From Oscillospiraceae bacterium (GTDB taxonomy: Bacteria > Bacillota > Clostridia > Oscillospirales > Oscillospiraceae): 64,000 nt of DNA. The notes beneath the pieces are model-generated. The model did no database searches. It saw only the letters and a program-made list of their open reading frames with translations, and was not told the DNA's origin. Shown one piece after another: positions 16,573-24,703 of the stretch; position 1 is the first letter of the stretch; every line of letters begins with the position of its first letter. Both the position numbers and the translations under genes were made by a program. Where the stretch lies: assembly GCA_017429325.1 (NCBI GenBank), contig JAFRPC010000028.1:2376-66375 (forward strand), in the 5' to 3' direction.

Positions 16573-17319
16573 TTATTTGTGGTCCGATTCTGCTGTGTCG
16601 GCTTTTTCCGGACCGGCGAAGGCGGGGGGCAGCTTCCGGAGCCAGAGGCTGTAGGCCAGGCCAATCACGATGACGGCGCCGATATTGGCCGTGGTGCCCC
16701 AGGCGGTCTCCCTGGACAGCATGGAGAGGACATCGACGACAGCGTGGGCGATGATGCAGGGAAACAGGCTGCCGCTTTTGTAGTAGACCATGGTGAAGAC
16801 AAAGCCCCAGGCGATGGCAAAGACGACCATAATCAGGTTTTCCGCCAGGTCCATCCCGGCCAGGATGTTCACGATATGGCCGATGCCGAAGGTCACGGCG
16901 GAGACGATGACGGCGACCTTAGGGCCGTCCTTTTTCAGCAGAGCGCGAAACAGGAACCCACGGAAGATCATCTCCTCCACGAAGCCGACCAGGGCCATGG
17001 AACCGAGGGCGTACCACAGGGAGGCGCCGGAGTAGTGCGGCAGAAAGCCGTCCCAGAGATTGCCGGTGGTCAGGAGCCACATGGGGAGGAAGTACAGACA
17101 CAGGCGGAGGTTCTGCGGGCGAGCTGCGACGCCAAGCTTTTTCCACAGGGGAATGGCAGAGCTGACGACAACGAGGGCAAGGGCGACAGCGGCCAAACCC
17201 ACCAGGGACCAGAGACTTCCGTCACCAAATTGTCCGCGAATCGGGATGGTTACGGCGCAGTACAGCGCAATCCACAGCACGGCAAACAGGACGGGCTTTT
17301 TCTCAAACAGTTTTTTCAT
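16573..17319 (-). CDS. CPBP family intramembrane glutamic endopeptidase (CAAX protease / Abi-like)
   Basis: Motifs EEMIFRGFLF, FGIGH and HAVVD sit in a polytopic membrane protein. Confidence 0.85.
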   Translation of the reverse strand: MKKLFEKKPVLFAVLWIALYCAVTIPIRGQFGDGSLWSLVGLAAVALALVVVSSAIPLWKKLGVAARPQNLRLCLYFLPMWLLTTGNLWDGFLPHYSGASLWYALGSMALVGFVEEMIFRGFLFRALLKKDGPKVAVIVSAVTFGIGHIVNILAGMDLAENLIMVVFAIAWGFVFTMVYYKSGSLFPCIIAHAVVDVLSMLSRETAWGTTANIGAVIVIGLAYSLWLRKLPPAFAGPEKADTAESDHK

Positions 17320-17594
17320 TGGGGCATCTCCTTTGTTTTGATTCTGTCTGCATCATACCAGCCCCTTTTCGCTTTTTCAAGCCCTGGGAGGGTAAGATGC
17401 AGAATTGCGCGACAAGATGCACAAAACCCGTCCTTCCCGAGACGCGGCGGGACGAAAAACTGTTGCGCAATGCGCAGGCGCGTGATATATTGGATAATGT
17501 AACCTGTTCAGCGTCAGAAACCGGCCTCCGGCCTGCCCGGACGCGGTGGGACTGACGGAACAAAAACGGAATGCAGGACAAAGGAGAAAAAACT

Positions 17595-17990
17595 ATGCTG
17601 CAAGCTGGAATCAAGGGAAAAATCGAACTGATTGTCACCAAGGACAAATGTGCCGGGGCGCTGGGGAGCGGGGAGCTGGATGTGTTTGCCACGCCGGCTA
17701 TGGTCGCGCTGATGGAGGAGACCGCGTGGAAGAGCGTCGTGTCCGAGCTCCAGCCCGGAGAGGGGACCGTAGGCACCGCCCTGAATGTCCGCCATCTGGC
17801 GGCCACGCCGGTGGGTCTGCGCGTCACCTGTGAGACTGAGCTGACGCTGGTGGACCGCAGACGCCTTGTGTTCGACGTCAAGGTGTACGACCCCTTCGGC
17901 CTCGTGGGCGAAGGCACCCATGAGCGGTTCGTCATTCAGTATGAGAAGTTCATGAAGAAGGTCGATGAAAAACGGGCGAATCCCGCATAA
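17595..17990 (+). CDS. Hotdog-fold thioesterase family protein
   Basis: Size and pattern (GSGELDVFATPAMVALME..., GTHERFV) fit small acyl-CoA thioesterases. An AAAGGAG RBS precedes the ATG at 17595. Confidence 0.65.
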   Translation: MLQAGIKGKIELIVTKDKCAGALGSGELDVFATPAMVALMEETAWKSVVSELQPGEGTVGTALNVRHLAATPVGLRVTCETELTLVDRRRLVFDVKVYDPFGLVGEGTHERFVIQYEKFMKKVDEKRANPA

Positions 17991-17995
17991 ATTTG

Positions 17996-18024
17996 TTGAA
18001 CTCCGGTGTTCCGGATGCTATACT
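17996..18024 (+). promoter_or_regulatory. Sigma-70-like promoter (TTGAAC, 17 nt, TATACT) dedicated to the SIR2-STAND gene
   Basis: The hexamers and spacing were read directly. The site lies 36 nt upstream of the ATG at 18060. Confidence 0.55.
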
Positions 18025-18059
18025 GTCTACAGAACAGATAGAAGGGCAGGTGCGGCGGC

Positions 18060-21000
18060 ATGGGCGGGCTCACATTTGATGAGGTCATGAATTTCTATCC
18101 CGGCCACAATTTCGACACCTATCGGGATATTTTGAAGGACAAAAAAAGCGGCGGGCTGCTTCCCTTTGTGGGGGCCGGGCTGTCGGTTTTCTGCGGGTAC
18201 AAGCTCTGGGGCGGCGTCCTTTGGGAACTGGCGGAATATATTTATGACACCAAGCAAAAGCAAGAGGTTTTTGACAAGATCAAGGCGGGCGCTTATGGAG
18301 AGGCCGCGCAGCTTCTGCTGGAGTACTATCCCCCGATGCTGGACCGGCTGCCCCGCCTGATCTCCCCGGACAAGCTCGAAGCCTGCCCGCCGGAAAAGCG
18401 GGTGTTCAGCGCGGCCTATACCCTGCCGCTGCTGTTTCAAACGGGGCTGGTCATCACCACGAACTTTGACCGCGTGCTGGAGGACCTCTACCTGCGCCGG
18501 AGCAAGAAGCCCATTGAGGTCGTGACGCCGAAGCAGCAGGACCGCCTGACGCAGTTCCGCCAAAACGGCGCCCAGTGCCTGTTCAAACTCCACGGCGACA
18601 TCGGAAAAGACGCCGTGGCGCTGGACGACCTGGTGTTTACCGGGGAGCAGTACGACGACAAATACAGGGACGGCGGCCCCCTGGTGCAGGAGCTGACCCG
18701 GTGCTTCGAGAACCGCAGGCTGCTGTTTTTGGGCTGCAGCCTCAACGCCGACCGGACCATGGAGGTTTTGCAGCGGGTCTGCAAGGCGCAGCCGGGCATC
18801 CGGCACTACGCCGTCTTAGGCTGCAAACGGGATGAGGTCCCCAAGCGGCTTGCGGAATTGTATCAGCAGGGGATAGAACCGATCTTCTACGACGACAGCA
18901 ACCACGACGCGGTCCGCGTGATTTTGGAGCGCCTGCTGGAGGACACGGACCCGGCTGCCTACCGGCAGCTCCGCCGAGAGGCCGCAGCCGCGGCTCCGGT
19001 GCCGAGGGAGGAGCGGCGCCTCCTCTTCGACGCGGAATACTTTGCCTTCACGGGCCGGGAGGCGGAGCTGGAAGCCCTGCGCGGCTTCTGCGACGCCCCG
19101 GACTGCGCGAGCTGGTGGGCTGTGACCGGTCCCGGCGGCATGGGCAAGAGCCGCCTGGTCTACGAATTCTCTAAGGAACTGCGGGAGAAGGGCTGGCAGG
19201 TGGAGCGCTTCGAGGCCCGCCCCTCCAAGGACAGCGCCGCCAGCGACCTTGACAATCTGGAGACCTGGGCGCCGGGCTCTGGCCCCACCCTTGTGGTCCT
19301 GGACGACGTGCAGGCCCACATGGAGCTGGTTCTGCGTCGGCTCTCCCTGCTGCTGCGGCAGCCCCGCAGCGAAAAGCTGCGCTTCCTGCTGCTGGAGCGG
19401 GAGGGGGAGGACCGGCGTTCCGCCCCCTGGCTGGGACCCTCCGGGGGCGAGGTGCCGGAGGACTGGCTCTATCAGGAGCGCTTTCTCTGTCTGAAATCCC
19501 TGGGCGACCCGGAGCTGAAGCAGATCATGGACGACTACGCCGCCGCCGCGGGCAAGAAGCTGAACGCGGAACTCCTGCTGGGGACCCTGGAGCGGGTGGA
19601 CCCGAAGCTGAAGCGTCCCCTCTATGCCATCGCCATTGCCGACGCCCGCTGCCAGGGCAAGGACCCCACCAACTGGGACCCGAAGACCGTTCTGGACACC
19701 CTTTTGGCCCGGGAGCTGGCCTTTCATCTGAATCGCTTCCGGGGCATGACCGGAAAGGGCGCTAACAAAACCCAGGAAAAGGAGCTGAAAACCCTGCTGG
19801 CGCGGTCCTGCATCGAAGCCCCCCTCTGGTTGGAGACGCTGGACGCTGAGGCCTGCCCCAAGCTCTGGAAGAAGCTGGAGGACCTGGATATGGACCCGGA
19901 GGAGTTTTTCGGCGGTTTGGGGGTCCTCCGCAGCGTTCAATTGTATCGTGATGAAGTGGATGAAACCGGAAAGATTACCGGCGAGCCGACCCCGAAGCGG
20001 CAGCAGGCCGTCGCCCTCTCCTGCCCGGACCTGCTCAAGGAATATCTGGTCCTGGACCTGGTCTTAGAGCAGATCCGGCAAAAGGCCGAGCCGACGCTGC
20101 TGTTCCCGGAGGGCTGGGAGCAGGACCCCCGCCGCCTGCTGTTCCTGCGGTCGCTGCTGCGGGACCACAGCGACCGGCTCAAGGGCAACACCGTGTTTTG
20201 GGGCAAGGTCCTTCAGGCGGAACCGGGCAACCCCTTCGCGGCCATACTTTACGGACGCCTGTTATGGGGATATGGCGCTGCTTATCCCGACGCCAGAAAG
20301 GCAGCCACAGAACGGCTTGCGCGGCTGTACGAGGCCCAAAATCACGACGCAGACATTGCGCTGTCCTACGCCAGCGCTCTGTTTAACCTGACTATTGAAC
20401 AGAAAGACGAACGCTGCGCCGAACCTGTCTCCCGCCTGGAGGCGCTGTATCAGAAGCATACCGACGTGTCGGAGATTGCAGGAGCGTATGCAAGCGGTCT
20501 GTGCAACCTGACTGCGGTACAGGACGAAGCGGGCCGCGGTGAAATGGTCTCCCGCCTGGAGGCGCTGTATCATAAGCACGCCGACGCACCGGAGATTGCG
20601 GAAGCATATGCAAAGGGCCTGTGCAACCTGACTGCGGTACAGGACGAAGCGGGCCGCGGTGAAACGGTCTCCCGCCTGGAAGCGCTGTACCAGAAGCACG
20701 CCGACGTGCCGGAGATCGCGGAAGCGTATGCAAAGGGCCTGTACAATCTGACTGCGGTACAGGACGAAGCGGGCAGCGATGAAACCGTCTCCCACATGGA
20801 AGCGTTGTACCAGAAGCACGCCGACGTGCCTGGGATTGCGGAAGCGTATGCAATGGGTCTGTGGAAACTGACTGCTGTACAGGACGAAGCGGGCCGCGCC
20901 GAACCTGTCTCCCGCCTGGAAGCGCTGTACCAGAAGCACACCAACGTTCCGGAGATTGCGGAAGCGTATGCAAACGGCCTGGTCTGCCTGGCTGCGGCGC

Positions 21001-21518
21001 AGGACGAGGCGGACTGCGCCAAAACCGTCTCCCGCCTGGAGACCCTGCAGCAAGCCCACGCCGACGCACCGGAGCCGGCGGGCAGGCTTGCGGCAGGCCT
21101 GGTCTGCCTTTCCGCAAAGCAGGCCCTGGAAGCCCGGGCCGGGACCGAGGCGCGGCTGGAGCGGCTGCTGGAGACCCACGCGAAGCAGCCCGCCTTTGCG
21201 GAGGCATACGCCAATGCTCTTATCTCGTGTGCCCTTCATCAGACGAAGGAGACTGAGATTCGTCAGACCCTCTTCCGGTCCCGGCAAATGCTGACCCTGC
21301 ATCCGGAGGATCAGGAGATCCAATTATATCACGCGATGACCTGGTTCAATCTGACCCTGCGGCAGGCAGAGGATGCGATCCCCGCCACGCTCCGGGAGCT
21401 GGCCGCGTACCTGCGGCAGCACGCCGCGGTCATTCCGGAATTCCGGAAGCAATTGGATATTTACTTGTCCGAACATCCGGAACAGCGGGAGCGTTATCAG
21501 CCGCTTTTCGAGCTTTGA
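18060..21518 (+). CDS. SIR2-like (SIR2_2-type) domain, P-loop STAND NTPase and C-terminal 40-aa helical repeat array; candidate Avs/AVAST-like defence protein
   Basis: SIR2_2 blocks: LPFVGAGLS, ITTNFDRVLE, FKLHGDI, LFLGCSLNAD. Walker A is AVTGPGGMGKSRL (~19128-19151) and Walker B is LVVLDDV. About 8 consecutive 40-aa repeats follow (VSRLEALYQKHADVPEIAEAYAKGLCNLTAVQDEAGRGE). Confidence 0.8.
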   Translation: MGGLTFDEVMNFYPGHNFDTYRDILKDKKSGGLLPFVGAGLSVFCGYKLWGGVLWELAEYIYDTKQKQEVFDKIKAGAYGEAAQLLLEYYPPMLDRLPRLISPDKLEACPPEKRVFSAAYTLPLLFQTGLVITTNFDRVLEDLYLRRSKKPIEVVTPKQQDRLTQFRQNGAQCLFKLHGDIGKDAVALDDLVFTGEQYDDKYRDGGPLVQELTRCFENRRLLFLGCSLNADRTMEVLQRVCKAQPGIRHYAVLGCKRDEVPKRLAELYQQGIEPIFYDDSNHDAVRVILERLLEDTDPAAYRQLRREAAAAAPVPREERRLLFDAEYFAFTGREAELEALRGFCDAPDCASWWAVTGPGGMGKSRLVYEFSKELREKGWQVERFEARPSKDSAASDLDNLETWAPGSGPTLVVLDDVQAHMELVLRRLSLLLRQPRSEKLRFLLLEREGEDRRSAPWLGPSGGEVPEDWLYQERFLCLKSLGDPELKQIMDDYAAAAGKKLNAELLLGTLERVDPKLKRPLYAIAIADARCQGKDPTNWDPKTVLDTLLARELAFHLNRFRGMTGKGANKTQEKELKTLLARSCIEAPLWLETLDAEACPKLWKKLEDLDMDPEEFFGGLGVLRSVQLYRDEVDETGKITGEPTPKRQQAVALSCPDLLKEYLVLDLVLEQIRQKAEPTLLFPEGWEQDPRRLLFLRSLLRDHSDRLKGNTVFWGKVLQAEPGNPFAAILYGRLLWGYGAAYPDARKAATERLARLYEAQNHDADIALSYASALFNLTIEQKDERCAEPVSRLEALYQKHTDVSEIAGAYASGLCNLTAVQDEAGRGEMVSRLEALYHKHADAPEIAEAYAKGLCNLTAVQDEAGRGETVSRLEALYQKHADVPEIAEAYAKGLYNLTAVQDEAGSDETVSHMEALYQKHADVPGIAEAYAMGLWKLTAVQDEAGRAEPVSRLEALYQKHTNVPEIAEAYANGLVCLAAAQDEADCAKTVSRLETLQQAHADAPEPAGRLAAGLVCLSAKQALEARAGTEARLERLLETHAKQPAFAEAYANALISCALHQTKETEIRQTLFRSRQMLTLHPEDQEIQLYHAMTWFNLTLRQAEDAIPATLRELAAYLRQHAAVIPEFRKQLDIYLSEHPEQRERYQPLFEL
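20301..21260 (+). repeat. 120-bp tandem coding repeats (about 8 copies; the 5 central copies at 20401-21000 are near-identical)
   Basis: The period is exactly 120 nt. The block aggacgaagcgggc...g(a/g)a..gtctccc(g/a)c(c/a)tgga recurs at 20521, 20641, 20761, 20881 and 21001. I counted about 10 mismatches in 120 nt between the copies starting at 20521 and 20641. Confidence 0.9.
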
Positions 21519-21532
21519 TGGCACATAACACA

Positions 21533-21566
21533 AAAACGGCAGTCGCACGGGGCGATTGCCGTTTTT
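21533..21566. terminator. Bidirectional intrinsic terminator
   Basis: The stem is aaaacggcagtcgc / gcgattgccgtttt, with an A-tract before and a T-tract after. It lies between convergent genes. Confidence 0.75.
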
Positions 21567-21595
21567 GCGTTCGGGGAGCAGAGGAGGATTCCGGT

Positions 21596-22444
21596 TCAGC
21601 AGTTCCCGGTATAGACGAAGCGCAGGGCTTCCCGTGCGACCTCCGCCAGGCGGTAGACGGTTTTCACGTCGGTGGCCTGTCGGTCCTGCATTTGATACCG
21701 CGGGAAGAATCGGGAAATGTGGAGGGGAATTTCTTCCCCGTCGGCGCTTTCCAACCGGCTGACCCACTGAGACAGCTCCCGCATTTCCGCTTCGCTGTCG
21801 TTTTCCCCCGGGACCACCAAGGTCGTCAGCTCCACGTGACAGCTTCTGGCCGCAGCCTGGATGAAGGCCAGAACCTGGCTTCGGCTGCCGCCGAGGACCT
21901 GGCTGTAGTATCGGTCGGTAAAGCCCTTCAGGTCGATGTTCATCGCGTCGATATACGGGGCCAGCGCGTCCAGGACAGACAGCTCCGCAGTTCCGTTTGT
22001 CACCAGGACCGTCTTCAGCCCCTTGGCTTTGGCGAGCCGGGCCGTGTCCCGCACAAACTCATATCCGATGAGCGGTTCATTGTAGGTGAAGGCGATGCCG
22101 AGATTCCCCCTTTGGCGCGTCGCCAGGGCGAGCTCCGCCAGCGCCTCGGGGCGGATCGTATCCGCCGTCTGCGCAGAGCGTCTGGCCTGCTCCGACCAGG
22201 AAATCTCGTTATTCTGGCAGAAGGGGCAGCGGAGATTGCAGCCAAAACTGCCGACAGACAGAATCATGCTGCCGGGGAAAAACCGCGCCAGAGGCTTTTT
22301 CTCGATGGGGTCCAGGGCGAGAGCGGTGATCCGTCCATAGTTCAGCGCCTCCACGCGGCCATTTTTTGCAATACGACCGCCGCAAAAGCCGATCTGCCCC
22401 TCCGCGAGCTTACAATGTCTGAAGCAAACGCCGCATTCTGCCAT
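21596..22444 (-). CDS. AmmeMemoRadiSam system radical SAM enzyme
   Basis: The CNLRCPFCQN (CxxxCxxC) cluster is present. The N-terminal CFRHCKL..GFCG motif is typical of this family. An AGGAGGGAG RBS precedes the ATG at 22444. Confidence 0.85.
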   Translation of the reverse strand: MAECGVCFRHCKLAEGQIGFCGGRIAKNGRVEALNYGRITALALDPIEKKPLARFFPGSMILSVGSFGCNLRCPFCQNNEISWSEQARRSAQTADTIRPEALAELALATRQRGNLGIAFTYNEPLIGYEFVRDTARLAKAKGLKTVLVTNGTAELSVLDALAPYIDAMNIDLKGFTDRYYSQVLGGSRSQVLAFIQAAARSCHVELTTLVVPGENDSEAEMRELSQWVSRLESADGEEIPLHISRFFPRYQMQDRQATDVKTVYRLAEVAREALRFVYTGNC

Positions 22445-22475
22445 AGCGCTCCCTCCTGTTCTATCCGGTTTCCTG

Positions 22476-23861
22476 TCAGAAATGCCGCACGACCTCAAAG
22501 CGTTCCAGGCGGTACGGGTCGTTCTCCTGAATGCCGCCTTTCTGACGGGCGATCCGAACCTGTTCCTCCACGGTATCCACGCCCTCCAGATTCGGAAGCA
22601 GCAGACCTCGTTTCATGCCGTGGCTGACCACGACGCCGTACCGTTTCACGTCCAGCTCGCGCAGGGAGGCGACGGGCTCCAGCTCTCCCAGCACGTCTAC
22701 GCTGATCTCCAGGCTGCTCAGCTCCGCCTCTGTTACCGACGAGAAGCGGGGGTCCTGGGAGCAGGCGCCGACCGCGTTTTGCAGGATCTCCTCGGCAACG
22801 CTCCTTCGGGTCGCCGCGATGGTGCCGATGCAGCCGCGCAGCCTCCCGTTCCGGTGGAGGGAGACAAAGGTCCCCGCACGCCGCGTCAGCATTTCGTCCG
22901 GAAGGCCCGCCGGAACGGAAAGGCGTTCGTGCCGCCGGACCCAGGCTTCTACGGAGGCCCTCGCCAGCCTGACATAGGCGTCGCTCTTCTCCGCTTTTTC
23001 CCGGCACTCCCGTTCCGTCGTTTCCTGATAGGCTTTCAGAAAATGCCGCTCCGCGTCCGTGCCCTTCGGGTAGAAGGTGCAGATCCCGTATCCCACCCCC
23101 GTCACATCCTGGTGCGACAACACCGCAGCCTTCACGCCAAGGCCGTCCAAAGCGCCGGCCATCATCACAAAGGACCGATGCCCGCATTCCGCCGCCTTTT
23201 CGCAGAAGTTCTCGTCAAACGCAAAGAGTTCGCCGAAGGCTGCCCGCCCGCAGACATCCATGAGCCTGCGGTCATATTCCGGCCCCTCCGGGGCGAATCC
23301 GTAGGGTCCGTATGCCTGGAGCTTGTGAGAAAGGTCTCCGCTGGCGACCAGGACCGCCCGCCTTCCGGTGTCCTCCACGGCGCGGGCAAGGATCTGGCCC
23401 AGGCGGTAGTGTTCGGACAAGGGCAGACCGGACAGACCGATGCGCACAAGTTTTCCCCCAGCATAGCGGTTCCGAATGAACCAAAGGGGGACCATGGTTC
23501 CGTGGTCGAGGGCTGCGTCCCGTTCCCCCAGGGTCCCCGCGGGAAGGTTTTCCGCCTCCGCCAGAGCACAGATTTGCTCTACAAGCTCTGTGTCATAGCG
23601 CTCCGAAAACCGAACGCCGGACGCGCCGAATCGGCGGAAGGAGCCTTCTGCCCCGCTGCCGGGCGAAATGTGAAAGTAGTCCGCATACAGGACGGAATGC
23701 GGGCTGGTGATGAGCAGAGTGTCCGGCTTCAGGGCGGCGATTTCGTCGGCGACCTGTTCATAGGCACGAATCGTTTCACGGATCTGCTCTTCGCTTCCCC
23801 GCCCGACTTCCGGGATGATCATGGGCGGGTGCGGTACCATAAACGCGGCAAGGACAGACAT
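22476..23861 (-). CDS. Fusion of a LigB/Memo-like (class III extradiol dioxygenase fold) domain with an AMMECR1 domain (AmmeMemoRadiSam proteins B/A)
   Basis: The N-terminus is MVPHPPMIIPE...SPH...SGDLSH. The C-terminal AMMECR1 signature is LRGCIGTI...DPRF...ISVDVL. Confidence 0.8.
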   Translation of the reverse strand: MSVLAAFMVPHPPMIIPEVGRGSEEQIRETIRAYEQVADEIAALKPDTLLITSPHSVLYADYFHISPGSGAEGSFRRFGASGVRFSERYDTELVEQICALAEAENLPAGTLGERDAALDHGTMVPLWFIRNRYAGGKLVRIGLSGLPLSEHYRLGQILARAVEDTGRRAVLVASGDLSHKLQAYGPYGFAPEGPEYDRRLMDVCGRAAFGELFAFDENFCEKAAECGHRSFVMMAGALDGLGVKAAVLSHQDVTGVGYGICTFYPKGTDAERHFLKAYQETTERECREKAEKSDAYVRLARASVEAWVRRHERLSVPAGLPDEMLTRRAGTFVSLHRNGRLRGCIGTIAATRRSVAEEILQNAVGACSQDPRFSSVTEAELSSLEISVDVLGELEPVASLRELDVKRYGVVVSHGMKRGLLLPNLEGVDTVEEQVRIARQKGGIQENDPYRLERFEVVRHF

Positions 23862-23977
23862 CTTTTCTCCTCCTCAAAAGCTTGCAGGCGCTTGTGCCTG
23901 CTGAGCCCCCCATAGATAGCTTTCCACGGCGCTCTTGCGGCACTGCCTCTGATTTTTTCAATTGGCTGGCCGATTCG

Positions 23978-24631
23978 CTACCGGACGACCGAGGAATTCC
24001 GATAGATGTAGAACTCCTCCTGGCTGGGCATCCATTTCTTCTCCCTGGGCGGGAAGCCCGCGTCGAAGGCCTCCACCGCGGCTGCATCCTCGCAGCAGTC
24101 GGCGGCGGTGCTGGGGAGGAACATCCACCTCCTGCCGTCCAGGGCGCCGGGGACCAGCTCGCAGACCAGCAGAGCCGTGGGATAGTTACCCCAGGCAAAG
24201 CAGCAGACATTCTTCTTTTTGCAGCTCACAAAGCCGCGGCTGACGTAGTTGCCCGGATTGCCGAAATTGATGTTGACGTCATAGCCCATTTTGCGGGCGG
24301 CCTCGAAGGAGTGCTCGATCAGGAGCTTGCCGAGCTTTTGCCGCTGGAACTCCGGCGCCACGCAGAGGGGGCCGAAGGAGAGGATCTCCTTTCGGGCTCC
24401 GTTCTCGTCCTCCAGCCAGGCCCTGGTGTACATGATATTGCCGATGAGCCTGCCGTCCAGCTCCAGGACAAAGGCGAGCTCCGGCAGGAAATCGGGGTGC
24501 TTCCGCATCTGATGGACGTAATAATGCTCGTCCGCGCCGGGCTTGTAGACGTTCCAAAAGGCCTCCCGGGTCAGCTCCTCCACGGCGCGATAGTCGTTTT
24601 CCGTCTCCAGACGGATCTTCAGATTCTTCAT
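23978..24631 (-). CDS. GNAT family N-acetyltransferase (last gene of the 8-gene operon)
   Basis: The motif region is CVAPEFQRQKLGKLLIEHSFEAARKMG. The start at 24631 follows a GGAGG RBS. Confidence 0.8.
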   Translation of the reverse strand: MKNLKIRLETENDYRAVEELTREAFWNVYKPGADEHYYVHQMRKHPDFLPELAFVLELDGRLIGNIMYTRAWLEDENGARKEILSFGPLCVAPEFQRQKLGKLLIEHSFEAARKMGYDVNINFGNPGNYVSRGFVSCKKKNVCCFAWGNYPTALLVCELVPGALDGRRWMFLPSTAADCCEDAAAVEAFDAGFPPREKKWMPSQEEFYIYRNSSVVR

Positions 24632-24703
24632 GGTGATGCCTCCGCAGCGTTTTCTTTGTGCGCTGGGAATGGGCGAAACGTCGCCCATTCTCTTTTCTCA
24701 ATA

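Noticed and set aside
17463-17594. Possible riboswitch in the ~100-nt leader of the thioesterase gene, after a TTGCGC-17-TATATT promoter
   Set aside because: There are some short stems and an ACGC-containing loop, but I could match no known riboswitch consensus. The downstream gene gives no hint about a ligand.
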